Positions 10,694-21,070 of a DNA stretch of 64,000 nucleotides are shown here, piece after piece. The translations under genes were made by a program, and so were the position numbers. A model generated the notes under the pieces. It was not told the DNA's origin, made no database searches, and saw only the letters and a program-made list of their open reading frames with translations. This DNA is from a virus (lineage: Duplodnaviria; Caudoviricetes), in IMG/VR virus record IMGVR_UViG_3300035208_002115; one strand, written 5' to 3'. Each line of letters starts with the position of its first letter. The first letter of the stretch is position 1.

Positions 10694-11219
10694 ATCTATA
10701 TTATTTTATATCTTATTATTTGTTATATCATTTTCATTTATAAATGTTGTAAACGTATTAATATGTATTTATTTGAATGAATATATCAAAAACGCACATG
10801 TGGTGTCTACTTTATTCATAGTTATGTACTTTGGGTGTTTTTTATTAGTTTATGGGCCAACGTACAAATCTTTATATTATAATTCTGGTGAAATAAATAA
10901 AGAAATGTTAATGCTTATACGTAGAAACTTTTTTTCATTTGATTATACCATAGATGTTATTGATAAGGAAGATGCTTCGAATATTATACAAAAGGTGTTA
11001 CGTAATAAAAAGTATATAAAAATAGAAACGTCCAATAAACGTCATATTAATTGTATTTATTTCATATATAAGATGAAAAAAATGCCATATCTCTTAAAAA
11101 ATGAAGATTTCATTAATATTTTGAGAATAATAAGAAGTGATGTTATCTTAGAAAAGTATTTTATATCTGACCTTCGTGCAGAGAAACTTAAAAAATTATT
11201 TGATGAGCAAGTTTTATAA
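10680..11219 (+). CDS. membrane protein (2 TM) with C-terminal RxxKL tail; paralog of the next gene
   Basis: Two hydrophobic segments. FIYKMKKMPY matches FVYKMKKLPI in the next ORF. Ends RAEKLKKLF. Confidence 0.65.
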   Translation: MKTIKSILFYILLFVISFSFINVVNVLICIYLNEYIKNAHVVSTLFIVMYFGCFLLVYGPTYKSLYYNSGEINKEMLMLIRRNFFSFDYTIDVIDKEDASNIIQKVLRNKKYIKIETSNKRHINCIYFIYKMKKMPYLLKNEDFINILRIIRSDVILEKYFISDLRAEKLKKLFDEQVL

Positions 11220-11733
11220 CATATTGTCATTTATTGGAAATATTATCATATATATAATATTAACTCAGATAAGTAATGTAATAAGTAAAGATATTTCACA
11301 TAGTTTAGTTGAAAATAGTAACTGGGGACTGGTTTTATATATTATTATTAATTTAACAATATTATTTTTTTTAGCTATTTTTCTATTTAACATTTATGAT
11401 AAAAATATAAGATATGAACTCGGTGTCGGTAAGGTAGACCTTCTTATAAATTTAAGAAAACAACCATTATCACCGAAAGTTGAAATAACAATTAGAGGTA
11501 ATATAAATCAATCTTTATTTAATAATCCAACTATTAATCTTTCTTCATTTGAATTACGAACAAGAAAAGTATTTATTAATTCATTTGTTTTTGTCTATAA
11601 GATGAAAAAATTACCTATTTTTATAGGTAAGAAGGATTTTGTTAAGTTGCTTATCATAGCAAATGAGGATGAATTGTTAAAAAAATATTTTCCAATAGAA
11701 TTACGAAAAGAGAAAATAAAGAATATTTTATGA
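11203..11733 (+). CDS. membrane protein (2 TM) with C-terminal RxxKI tail
   Basis: Probable start MSKFYN (ATG 11203). Ends RKEKIKNIL. Confidence 0.65.
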   Translation: MSKFYNILSFIGNIIIYIILTQISNVISKDISHSLVENSNWGLVLYIIINLTILFFLAIFLFNIYDKNIRYELGVGKVDLLINLRKQPLSPKVEITIRGNINQSLFNNPTINLSSFELRTRKVFINSFVFVYKMKKLPIFIGKKDFVKLLIIANEDELLKKYFPIELRKEKIKNIL

Positions 11734-12242
11734 TTAAATATTTTTGGTATAGGATAATTTTCACTCCCGCCACATTTGTATTTTTTCACGTTTTGGTTAG
11801 TGGTTTGGTATTTGGTATAGGTTTTAGAAATATTTCAACAATCGGATTTATAATAATATTATGCCTGTTTATTATCTGGTCATTGTGTGTTATAAAACCA
11901 ATTAGAAAGAAAATATTTTATTTATTTTTTCAGAACTTTCATATCAATCATATGATTGGCGAAATGAAGACCAGATATAATAAGATTGTGATTAACAAAT
12001 TTCCAAACACTTTAGATTTAATAGTTGATATACAAACTAACGTCTATCAAGGGAGTGAATGTAAAAAATTTGATTATTTAAAATATTCAAAAGATATTGA
12101 TAAAATATGGAAATCAAAAAATAAAGAACGAGACATTCTCTTATTCGTTCAAAAATTAGATATGACAAAAGCCTTGAACCAAGAAGTTATAGATAAAATT
12201 AATATTTATAATCGAAAAGAAAAAATAAAAAGTATTCTATAA
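11730..12242 (+). CDS. membrane protein (2 TM) with C-terminal RxxKI tail
   Basis: N-terminal hydrophobic hairpin. Ends RKEKIKSIL. Confidence 0.65.
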   Translation: MIKYFWYRIIFTPATFVFFHVLVSGLVFGIGFRNISTIGFIIILCLFIIWSLCVIKPIRKKIFYLFFQNFHINHMIGEMKTRYNKIVINKFPNTLDLIVDIQTNVYQGSECKKFDYLKYSKDIDKIWKSKNKERDILLFVQKLDMTKALNQEVIDKINIYNRKEKIKSIL

Positions 12243-12265
12243 TTTTTAAATTAATTTAAATCAAT

Positions 12266-12273
12266 TATTTTTG
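12266..12273 (+). promoter_or_regulatory. TAnnTTTG promoter element upstream of pncB
   Basis: TATTTTTG about 18 nt before the ATG at 12291. Confidence 0.6.
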
Positions 12274-12290
12274 CTTAAAATCTATATACT

Positions 12291-13541
12291 ATGATAAAAT
12301 CAGCAATCGATAACGACCTTTACAAATTCACAATGATGTATGCAATTCTGGTGAATCCAGAACTGATGAATTTGAGAGTTAGGTATGGTTTTTTCAACCG
12401 AAATGATATACAATTCCCAGATGGATTTGATAAAATTTTACAAGGTGAAGTGAATAGAATGGGTTCTTTGCGATTAACTCGTCAAGAAAAACGTTTTATT
12501 ATTAAAAAATTATATTTTTTACCACTTTGGTTTTTCGATTTTCTTGAAGGATATCAATTTGACCCCTCGGAAGTTATTATCAAACAGGAAGGTGGTAATC
12601 TAATGATTGACATCGATGGAAGTTGGTTTCATACAATTCCTTGGGAAGTGCCTCTATTAGCATTAGTATCTGAATTATACCATGAAGTCAATACTGATTA
12701 TGACTTTGATTCACCTGAAAACAGAAAGAAACGTCTGGAAAATAATCGTTGGAAAGCAGACCTGATGGTTAAACATGGTCTTTCAGTTTCTGAGTTCGGT
12801 ACACGCAGACGTTTTTCATTCGATAATCAAAACGAAGTTATTGAAGATTTAAAAAAATATGCAACATCTTCACTTACAGGTACAAGTAATATGTATTTGG
12901 GTTACATTCATGACCTTCCAATACATGGAACAAATGCTCATGAATGGTATATGATTCACGCAGCTTTGTACGGTTATATAATGGCTAACAAGAAAGCTAT
13001 TGATAATTGGATGTGGGCATTCCGAGGAAGTCTTGGTACAGCATTACCCGATACATTCACTACTGATGTTTTTCTCAGAACTTTCGATTTACAGTCTGCT
13101 AAGTTGTATGACAGCACCAGACAAGATAGCGGTGACCCATATAAATTCACGGATAAAATAGTTAATCATTATAATGATTTAAGGATTGACACTGCCTCTA
13201 AAGGTATTATTTATAGTGATGGTATTAATATACCATATGCTATTAAACTAAAAGAATACGCTAAAAATAAAAATATAAAAGATGCCGATGGTATTGGCAC
13301 AGACTTAACCTGTAATTTAGAAGGTGTCAAACCTTTAAATATTGTGATAAAAGTTACACAGGTATATTATCAAGACCATTGGATTGATTGTGTTAAATTA
13401 TCTGATAATATGGGTAAACATACTGGTAAAGCCGAAGAAATTAAAAGATGTAAAGATACCCTCAATATCGGAGATGTAACATATGATAAACAACCATCTG
13501 GTAATGAAGGTGATGTTGCACACGTTAATCTTATAAAATAA
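12291..13541 (+). CDS. pncB: nicotinate phosphoribosyltransferase
   Basis: DNDLYKFTM, EFGTRRRFS, GTSN, GTNAHEW (phospho-His), DTFTT, RQDSGDP, SDG and KLSDNMGKH motifs of E. coli-type PncB. Confidence 0.95.
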   Translation: MIKSAIDNDLYKFTMMYAILVNPELMNLRVRYGFFNRNDIQFPDGFDKILQGEVNRMGSLRLTRQEKRFIIKKLYFLPLWFFDFLEGYQFDPSEVIIKQEGGNLMIDIDGSWFHTIPWEVPLLALVSELYHEVNTDYDFDSPENRKKRLENNRWKADLMVKHGLSVSEFGTRRRFSFDNQNEVIEDLKKYATSSLTGTSNMYLGYIHDLPIHGTNAHEWYMIHAALYGYIMANKKAIDNWMWAFRGSLGTALPDTFTTDVFLRTFDLQSAKLYDSTRQDSGDPYKFTDKIVNHYNDLRIDTASKGIIYSDGINIPYAIKLKEYAKNKNIKDADGIGTDLTCNLEGVKPLNIVIKVTQVYYQDHWIDCVKLSDNMGKHTGKAEEIKRCKDTLNIGDVTYDKQPSGNEGDVAHVNLIK

Positions 13542-14752
13542 TGGGGAATATTTATGTGTTTGCAAAATTATCAATAGATAATAAATCTTATACTGGTGCA
13601 GCTATCGGTTATTCTAATGACTTAGGACTAACAGAAAGAAATGCAATAAAAAATTTGTTAAGTAAAATGAGAAGAAAGGGAGATAATATATGACAGACAG
13701 GATAAAAGGTTTCGTGGTAACTTTGGATAAAGATATCCGAATTGATGATGTTCAACCAATAATGGATGCCATCAAAATGATAAAGGGTGTGATTGATGTA
13801 TCTCCCAGTGTTGCCGATTCAGACGACCACATGAATCGTGAACGTGTTGCACATGAGTTTCGCTCTAAATTCTGGAATTTTATGAATAATGAATTAAAAT
13901 AATGAATCCAGAAACAAGATATCTAATTTTCGAGAATGGTATTTATTTCGGGTATCCACTTTGTTGTATAAAAGAATTTATAAAAGATATTGAAGAAGGT
14001 GGTGAAGCACCATCTAAAAGAGTTAGAAACATTAAAGGAATTGATGGTTCTTTTTGCCCTTGTAGAAAACACACACAGGAAATAGAAGAAGGTAAGATAA
14101 CGCAAGAAGATTTAATTGATGGTAGAGTTTGTCCACATCCATTTCCGATAAGAAACGAAAATGATATTATTGAATCAAAATAATTCATGAAAGAAAATAA
14201 AAAATATATTTTTGAAGTCGATTTTTCTAATATATTTCCTATATTCCACACTTTCAGACTTATCTATGATATTAAAAATTTTTTAAAATTTTGTCATTTT
14301 TTAATATGTTATAAAAATACACCAGTTAAAGGGTTTGAGGGACGGTGCATAAATTGTGCTATTAAGGATACATATTGTGGTAAATTGGATATAGTAAGAT
14401 GTCCAAATAGGTTTGACCGTCATTATGAATTAAGATACTTATTTAAATGGATAAAAAAATTATCATAAAAAATTATATATTGTATTTATCTGAAATATCT
14501 GAATTTTTATCAATCGATAATAAAAAGAAGGTGGCAGATAAAATTAATACTATAAATAATAGTGACTGGACTGTTGAAAAATTGGGTAAACATGATACAT
14601 TAGTACCAATTAGACTTCAGCTTTTTTTGCTTTATCAAGAAATGGAAGTTATGTTTACAATAGAAAATATTAATGAAAAAATAATATGGTTGAAAGATTA
14701 TGAAATTCAATATATTAGAAAATTAAAAATTAATGATATTTTATCAGAGTGA
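13541..14752 (+). other. run of small hypothetical CDS (13541-13693 not in track, 13690-13902, 13902-14183, 14187-14468, 14447-14752)
   Basis: Abutting or overlapping start-stop junctions. The last ORF ends RKLKINDILSE. Confidence 0.6.
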
Positions 14753-14761
14753 TAAAGAATA

Positions 14762-14769
14762 TATATTTG
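14762..14769 (+). promoter_or_regulatory. TAnnTTTG promoter for the RNase P RNA
   Basis: TATATTTG ends 5 nt before the predicted 5' end of P1. Confidence 0.65.
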
Positions 14770-14774
14770 TAATT

Positions 14775-14980
14775 AATTAAACACAGAGGAATCATCGCTC
14801 TACGGAGAGGAAATTCTGGACACATGGGGAGAACGCAGAAGGACTAATAAACCGCTATACTGCATAAGAGTGTGCAACGAAAATTGAACTTGGGTCTTGT
14901 TTCCCACCTATAAGTTCTGGTTTCGGCCTTTAGACAAATGATGATATAAAACGGAATCCAGATTACGCTCATGTTTAATT
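14775..14980 (+). ncRNA. rnpB: minimal RNase P RNA (catalytic domain intact, S-domain vestigial)
   Basis: CR-I GAGGAAAUUCUGGA and CR-V ACGGAAUCCAGAUUA form P4 with the bulged U. P1, P2, P3, P5, P15, P16, P17, the P6 pseudoknot and the L15 GGU can all be paired by hand. Confidence 0.9.
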
Positions 14981-15039
14981 CTAATTTTTTTTATATTTAA
15001 AATGTTTTTATTTTTGTATAATAAACATTTTTAATCATT

Positions 15040-15785
15040 ATGAATGATAATTTTTTAAAGGCACTTGTAAATATTATCAATACTATGGTTGATATGCGGT
15101 CTCATTTATCTAAACCAGAAATAGTTGGTATGTTTTATAAAGACACCAAAGATATTGTCATATATGATGAATTCATGAAAGAATCTAATCTCATTGTAAA
15201 CCATCTGATGAATATCAAATTGGATATTGAGCTAAATCCACATATGAATGATATGATAAATAATCTTTTATTTTCTAATCAGATTTTAATGGTCAAACCT
15301 GATATAATTATACACATTAATGACAGTTTAAAAAGAGACAATAATAAGGAAAAATGGTTGTCTTTTTTCAGATTGATATTAAGTAATAAAAGAACACCAA
15401 ATAAACAAAAAGAATGACAATAGAAATAGGTAATAAAAGTTTTTCGGATTTAACAGCCGATGATATCAAACAAATTATTTTGATAGAAGGTTGTTCGCCA
15501 GTCCCTGAACATTGGAGCGAACCTGTCATAATGGATTTCAACAACACTATGTTCAGTGATACTGTTGTTGCTGATTTTGTGAGTTATAGAAAATCCGATA
15601 ATATGAAAAGTTGCGAATATACCTTTTTCTTCAATTTTAAGGATTTTCATATTCATTACGTGAGGGATTTGTATGTGAGAGATTTGGAAAAAAACAACCC
15701 AGTCTATCGACCGAAGGGGAAGTCCATAAAGTTGGAGACCCTTAAATATCTGATTAAACAAGGCTTTGATGTACCTATTTATTGA
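15040..15785 (+). other. two hypothetical CDS (15040-15417, 15414-15785)
   Basis: TATTTTTG promoter element at 15009-15016 and an ATGA overlap between the ORFs. Confidence 0.6.
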
Positions 15786-15807
15786 TTTAAAAATCAAAAA
15801 ATACAAT

Positions 15808-16761
15808 ATGAAAATACAAAGTTTATCAATTCACGTACCAACTGGTAAATGTTTTAATAATTGTAAACCATGTGTGTCTCAAATGCACGATTCCCCATAT
15901 CTAAATAGAATTGGTAATGCAATAGACGATGACATCGATTTCACATCAGCTACCAGACGTGCAAAAGAAGAATATATCAGAAGGTTACAATTTGCTAAAG
16001 ATAACGGAGTAAATACCATTATTTTAACTGGCATTGGTGAAGCTATCCAGAATAAAAAATTCCTAAAATGGCTTGGTGAAGTTATGAAACAAATAGGTTT
16101 CCATTGGATTGAACTCCAGACAGCAGGGAATCTTTTATTGTATAAAGAAAAGTCAGATGTAAAAACTGGTGATGATTTTGATTTTTATAGCAATATTGCG
16201 TTTATGAGAGCCATCGGTGTTTCAACCGTGTCATTATCATTGTTTGATATGTTTTCTTCTGATATTAATGCTGAAATAACCGAAATGCCAAAAGCACATC
16301 GTTTTGAAATTGATGAGCTATGCCACAAAATAAAACAGTTTAATTTAAACCTTCGACTTTCTTTGAATATATATCGTGGATATAAAGACCATAGTATATC
16401 TGAAATCTTCGAACGAGCAAATGAATTAGAAGCTGACCAGATTACTTTTCGTAAGTTATACGAATCCGATGATAAATCTCTAAAACAAAATCAATGGATA
16501 CGTTTACAAAATACTGATGGTTTCTTAGACCGTTTCTTTGATGATTTAAATGCTTATATTAAAGAGAATGGTGTATTCTTAGGTAAACTACCATTCGGGG
16601 GGATGAAGTACTCTGTAAATGATATATCTGTGGTTATTGATGATAATTGTATGGATAACGCTGAAGAACGTGTTGACCTTGATGTTTATAAATACCTAAT
16701 ACTACGCCCTAATTGTAAACTTTATTCCGATTGGACATACAAAGCCAGTTTAATATTTTGA
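15808..16761 (+). CDS. radical SAM protein
   Basis: CFNNCKPC (CxxxCxxC) near the N-terminus and a TGIGE motif. Likely start MKIQSLS at 15808. Confidence 0.85.
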   Translation: MKIQSLSIHVPTGKCFNNCKPCVSQMHDSPYLNRIGNAIDDDIDFTSATRRAKEEYIRRLQFAKDNGVNTIILTGIGEAIQNKKFLKWLGEVMKQIGFHWIELQTAGNLLLYKEKSDVKTGDDFDFYSNIAFMRAIGVSTVSLSLFDMFSSDINAEITEMPKAHRFEIDELCHKIKQFNLNLRLSLNIYRGYKDHSISEIFERANELEADQITFRKLYESDDKSLKQNQWIRLQNTDGFLDRFFDDLNAYIKENGVFLGKLPFGGMKYSVNDISVVIDDNCMDNAEERVDLDVYKYLILRPNCKLYSDWTYKASLIF

Positions 16762-16966
16762 GTTATGATATTACGAGAATATAATATGCCAAACCCCATG
16801 TGGTTGTGTAACGAGCTTGAATGTGAGAAAAGCGGTGTGAAACTCCAAAAACTAACTAAAACTTTAGGTAAGCCTGATGTTATTTACAATATAATTGATG
16901 GTGAAAATTCATATAACATCATGGAAGACGTATTTGAAATTGTAAAAAAATTATTAAAATAATATT

Positions 16967-17578
16967 ATGAAAACATTTATTCTTAAACTAAAATTATTTT
17001 TCCTTCTTACTATTGTTATTTTTTTTAAAAAAATAAATCGTTCTTATAATAAAAATTTTCAAGTGACTGCACTTGAAGATGGTAAGAAGTATTGGATTTC
17101 AAGAAGCGTAGCTGTTGACGCTATGATTTTTATTTATAACCGTCTCGACAGAAAATATTATGTTTTGATGGTTAAACGTGGTAAGGGAGTTAGTTATAGT
17201 GGTTATTATTCGTTGCCGTGTGGTTTCATGGATTTTAATGAGAATGGGTTGCAAGCATTGATGAGAGAACTCTGGGAAGAAACCAATCTAAAATTAGCAG
17301 ACTTACTGAAATTCGAAATCTCAGCTAAGTATATTGATATTCCATATTTCGTAAACACCGAACCATTAAAAATTGATAATCAAAATGTGTCATTATATTA
17401 TGGTTTGGTTTTGGTTGTAAATTCATTACCATCAGTGTCAAATATTAATTGTGAACCAAATGAAATAGATGAAGTAAAATGGGTCGAGATATTTGAAGAA
17501 CTTCCAAAGCTGAGTAAGATTGCTTTTAATCACGAAAGACGTGTTGAAGACTTTTGTAAATTAAATAACATTGGGTGA
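16967..17578 (+). CDS. Nudix hydrolase, ADP-ribose pyrophosphatase-like
   Basis: Nudix box GFMDFNENGLQALMRELWEETNL, upstream VAVD..KRG..YSLPCG, and C-terminal AFNH. Confidence 0.9.
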   Translation: MKTFILKLKLFFLLTIVIFFKKINRSYNKNFQVTALEDGKKYWISRSVAVDAMIFIYNRLDRKYYVLMVKRGKGVSYSGYYSLPCGFMDFNENGLQALMRELWEETNLKLADLLKFEISAKYIDIPYFVNTEPLKIDNQNVSLYYGLVLVVNSLPSVSNINCEPNEIDEVKWVEIFEELPKLSKIAFNHERRVEDFCKLNNIG

Positions 17579-18189
17579 ATAAAAAAATTGAAATATTAAG
17601 TTTAAATAATGACGATGAAGTCGTTTTTTTAAGATATTTGAATGAAAGATATTTCAAATTCTCTATTGGTGATAGATTTATGTATATACCATCATCTAAT
17701 GAGTTGTTAATTAACTTAATGAAAGATACAATTAATTTTAACGAAATCGGTTTTGTGAATCATTCTTTAGTTTTATTAAACGGTAAGTTGAATATTATAA
17801 AATACGGTAATAAAATAAAAACAATTCTTTCTGAACATGAGGGAAGACTTCTTGATATCAATTTTCCAAATATATTAGTAGTTAAGATTGACGATATACA
17901 AGGTGGTTTAAAATCATTTGATAGGTCATATGTGACGTTATCCAACTTTAATATGATACATTTTTATAGTGATGAATTTTTTTATATTCAGAACATTGTA
18001 TTTAATTTGATGAATAAGTACGATGAATTCATTAGGAAATCTTTATTAATGAATAATTTTGATTTATTTTTAGCTGAAATTAATAAAAAGGGCGATGATA
18101 GAGATAGAATAAACGATATATTAAATAGTGATAAATACGCACCCCTGATTAGGCAATATAAATTGAAAAGTCTTGGTTTTGATGAGTAA
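17575..18189 (+). CDS. hypothetical, possible degenerate gp32-like SSB fold, with C-terminal RxYKL tail
   Basis: Paralog of 19073..19699. GKLNIIKYGNKIKTIL...VVKI..GGLKSFDRS. Ends RQYKLKSLGFDE. Confidence 0.5.
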   Translation: MNKKIEILSLNNDDEVVFLRYLNERYFKFSIGDRFMYIPSSNELLINLMKDTINFNEIGFVNHSLVLLNGKLNIIKYGNKIKTILSEHEGRLLDINFPNILVVKIDDIQGGLKSFDRSYVTLSNFNMIHFYSDEFFYIQNIVFNLMNKYDEFIRKSLLMNNFDLFLAEINKKGDDRDRINDILNSDKYAPLIRQYKLKSLGFDE

Positions 18190-19080
18190 AGAAAAATTTA
18201 TAGTAGAAAAATTTCAGGTTAATGAAGATTGCCAATTAATTGTAGATGATAATGGCGAAATCACTATCTGTAATACTTCTAAAACTCTATATTTATTGAA
18301 CGGTGCATTAATTTTTATGAATGCTACTTATAATAGTGTTTGGTTGCCTGATGATTTATATGAGGATAAATCATTTGAATTGATTTCAAAATATGCCTCA
18401 GTTCGTAAAGAGTATAAAGATGAAATGATAAAAAATAATAAAAGAGTCCAGACTAATTATATTAATAATGATGATAATAAGATATTATTTTATTTGTTTA
18501 ATTGGTATACCAATGATGGTAGATTGTTATCAGTAAAAGAAAATATTAATTTGGAGAATATGTATCTAAGGAGATTGAAAATAAAAAGTATATTATAATG
18601 GATGCTCATACAATAAAACATATTGTTAAGTACGAAGTGATAAAGGATGTATATTTGGACACTTATACTGGTTTAATTGAACTGAAAAAAAACGTTATAT
18701 GTTTTATTTTAAATGATATATTATTTATAGAACAACACTACATAGCATGTATCGTGGATGATACAGAATTAAATAACGGGCGTTTATCTGAATATTTTAA
18801 AAAAATAAAAACTTTTGATGATGTTAAAGTTGAGATAACTAAGATAACCGTAAATAAGAATATTCGGGTAGGACATATATATCTTGATAAATATGGTAAA
18901 CATATTACGGAATATAGTAAATGGTATAAAGACCAATATTATTTAGAAGATTTAGTGGAAATGACTATTGGTGAAATACTATTAGATGACGACCATTATT
19001 GTGATTATTTGGAAACCACAAGATTGGAACGTTACCACATTCGCAAAATGAAATTAAAAGAAATTATTACAGGTGAGTAG
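18182..19080 (+). other. two paralogous hypothetical CDS (18182-18598, 18598-19080) with RxxK(I/L) tails
   Basis: Shared LLNGALIF / ILNDILF and WY motifs. End RRLKIKSIL and RKMKLKEII. Confidence 0.6.
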
Positions 19081-19699
19081 ATTACTATATCATAAGGTAT
19101 TGGAACATGAAGATAAAGTCGTATTTTTACCATTCCCAAATACGAAAGTATATCAAAAAAAATTTTATACCTTATATTTCAATAAAAATTTTATTTTAGT
19201 TAATCCTAAGAGTATTTATTTTAATCTTGTGAGTGACATCATTCGTAGTACTAAAAATAAACTTTTCAGTGGGGGTTATAAGTTTTATTCATTGGTTATT
19301 CTAAACGATGAACTTTGTTATATAAATTATGGCACTGTTATTAATAATATCATTGAACAGTGGAAAGATAAAGTATTAGATGATACTAATCCAGCCACAT
19401 TGTATATAGTCAAAATAAATAAATATGGATTTCCAGATTTTTCTAAATCTCATATCATAGATAAAACAATATGTATCCAAGAGTATTTAAATGAATATAA
19501 TGTACATAGTCATATGAATAATGTGGTGGATGAGTTAAATTCACTTATTAATATTAATATTATTGATAATACTTTTGAAAATTTTTACAATTGTTTGTTG
19601 AATTTAAACGATGGTGATATAAATAGAGTTATTAACAGTTTAAATTATGTGTCACTCATTAGAAGATATAAATTGAACAAACTCGGTTTTAATGATTAA
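19073..19699 (+). CDS. hypothetical, possible degenerate gp32-like SSB fold, with C-terminal RxYKL tail
   Basis: INYGTVINNII...LYIVKINKYGFPDFSKS. Ends RRYKLNKLGFND. Confidence 0.5.
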   Translation: MSRLLYHKVLEHEDKVVFLPFPNTKVYQKKFYTLYFNKNFILVNPKSIYFNLVSDIIRSTKNKLFSGGYKFYSLVILNDELCYINYGTVINNIIEQWKDKVLDDTNPATLYIVKINKYGFPDFSKSHIIDKTICIQEYLNEYNVHSHMNNVVDELNSLININIIDNTFENFYNCLLNLNDGDINRVINSLNYVSLIRRYKLNKLGFND

Positions 19700-19710
19700 A
19701 TTATTTTAAA

Positions 19711-20187
19711 ATGAAAAGTATTCATGATGTATGTAATATTACTAAGTTAAAAGCGACTAAAGATATATCATTACCCCATCGCTTTTTTTATAATATTACA
19801 ATAAATACGGGTACTAATGTTGTATTATTAAATAACGTTTTATTTTCAAAAACATTTTATTTTCCGATATTTGAGAATTCGGCTTTTCAAGAAGACTTAA
19901 TAAATAGTTCATTTGAAATAATTGAAAAATTTAATAATATACATGCAATAGCCACTAAGATTGCATACGATAAATACGTTCGTGTTAATCATTGTTATTA
20001 CACAAATGATAATTTATTAATCACAAATTTTAGTAAATGGCATTTTATTGAACAATTAAATAATATAGACGAAAATTCAATTCAAAACAATCTAATAGGC
20101 TTTTTTGATGATTTAAATATCTATGAACAAGTTGAATTAGAAACAAATTACATAAGAAAATTAAAAATAGAAGAAATATTATCATAA
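19711..20187 (+). CDS. hypothetical, paralog of 18182/18598, with RxxKI tail
   Basis: LLNNVLF and FSKW motifs. Ends RKLKIEEILS. Confidence 0.6.
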   Translation: MKSIHDVCNITKLKATKDISLPHRFFYNITINTGTNVVLLNNVLFSKTFYFPIFENSAFQEDLINSSFEIIEKFNNIHAIATKIAYDKYVRVNHCYYTNDNLLITNFSKWHFIEQLNNIDENSIQNNLIGFFDDLNIYEQVELETNYIRKLKIEEILS

Positions 20188-20235
20188 TTTTTTTATATTA
20201 ATTAAATAAATTATTTTTGGATAATATTTTTATTT

Positions 20236-20655
20236 ATGGATAAATTAAAAGTCATCTTAATTATTGGTCTACCTTGTTCTGGTAAAACAATGTTTGCAAA
20301 AAGGTTATTGGAAAAGAATAAAGGCTGGACGCTAATTGATGACCCTAAATATTTTAAAAAAGTAGAAGATGTAATCTGGACTGCTACTGAACCAGTTATT
20401 ATATCTGACCCTAATTTTTGTTTAAAAGAAATTAGATTATCAGCTATTCGGAAACTTAAAGATATAAGAAATGTTGATATAGACTTTGTTTATTTTGAGA
20501 ATAATCCTCAGAAATGTTTACGAAATTTCAGATGTAGAGAGCTGAGTGGAGATGATAGAAATGTTTTAAATACAATATTATTATACTCAAAAAAATATAC
20601 TATTCCTGAAGGAATGGAAATAATGTATATTTGGCAAGATGACAAACGAGGATAA
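20236..20655 (+). CDS. small P-loop kinase (AAA_33 / polynucleotide-kinase-like)
   Basis: Walker A GLPCSGKT and CLRNFRCR lid. TATTTTTG promoter element at 20212. Confidence 0.75.
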   Translation: MDKLKVILIIGLPCSGKTMFAKRLLEKNKGWTLIDDPKYFKKVEDVIWTATEPVIISDPNFCLKEIRLSAIRKLKDIRNVDIDFVYFENNPQKCLRNFRCRELSGDDRNVLNTILLYSKKYTIPEGMEIMYIWQDDKRG

Positions 20656-21070
20656 AATATATAAAAAATTTTTAGATTTATTGACTAAGAATAAAATCTA
20701 TTACAGTATTGATTCTGATTTATTGCCAGATATCGAAACAGTTGTTGATGAATATATCACAGGTGGTGTTGGTGGTAATACCTGTTGGGAAACTGAACAA
20801 TATACAATATACGGTGAATCACCATCATATGAAAATATTTATAGAGTATTTACTTTATTTTTTGGTCAGTCTGATGAAACTTATAATAAGATATTGGAGA
20901 ATAAAATGAATTTTATAGGTGAATATGAAGTAAAGGATACTCCAGATTATTATGGAAATTATATTGATAAATGTTATTTATTTTTAAATTTGAAGGAATT
21001 TTTTAAAATAATACCTGCACATATATTACGTAAATTAAAAATAGAAGATGTTTTTGAAAACGAAATTTAA
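20639..21070 (+). CDS. hypothetical with RxxKI tail
   Basis: GGVGGNTCW motif. Ends RKLKIEDVFENEI. Confidence 0.65.
   Translation: MTNEDKIYKKFLDLLTKNKIYYSIDSDLLPDIETVVDEYITGGVGGNTCWETEQYTIYGESPSYENIYRVFTLFFGQSDETYNKILENKMNFIGEYEVKDTPDYYGNYIDKCYLFLNLKEFFKIIPAHILRKLKIEDVFENEI

Noticed and set aside
12291-13541. Nampt (NadV) of NARP2
   Set aside because: The motifs (DLYKFTM, GTNAHEW, RQDSGDP, KLSD..GK) match PncB, and co-occurring PncA and NadE fit the deamidated route.
15658-15687. 15-nt tandem duplication (YVRDL YVRDL); similarly EEKN repeats at about 35515-35542
   Set aside because: These are short in-frame slippage duplications with no evident functional signal.
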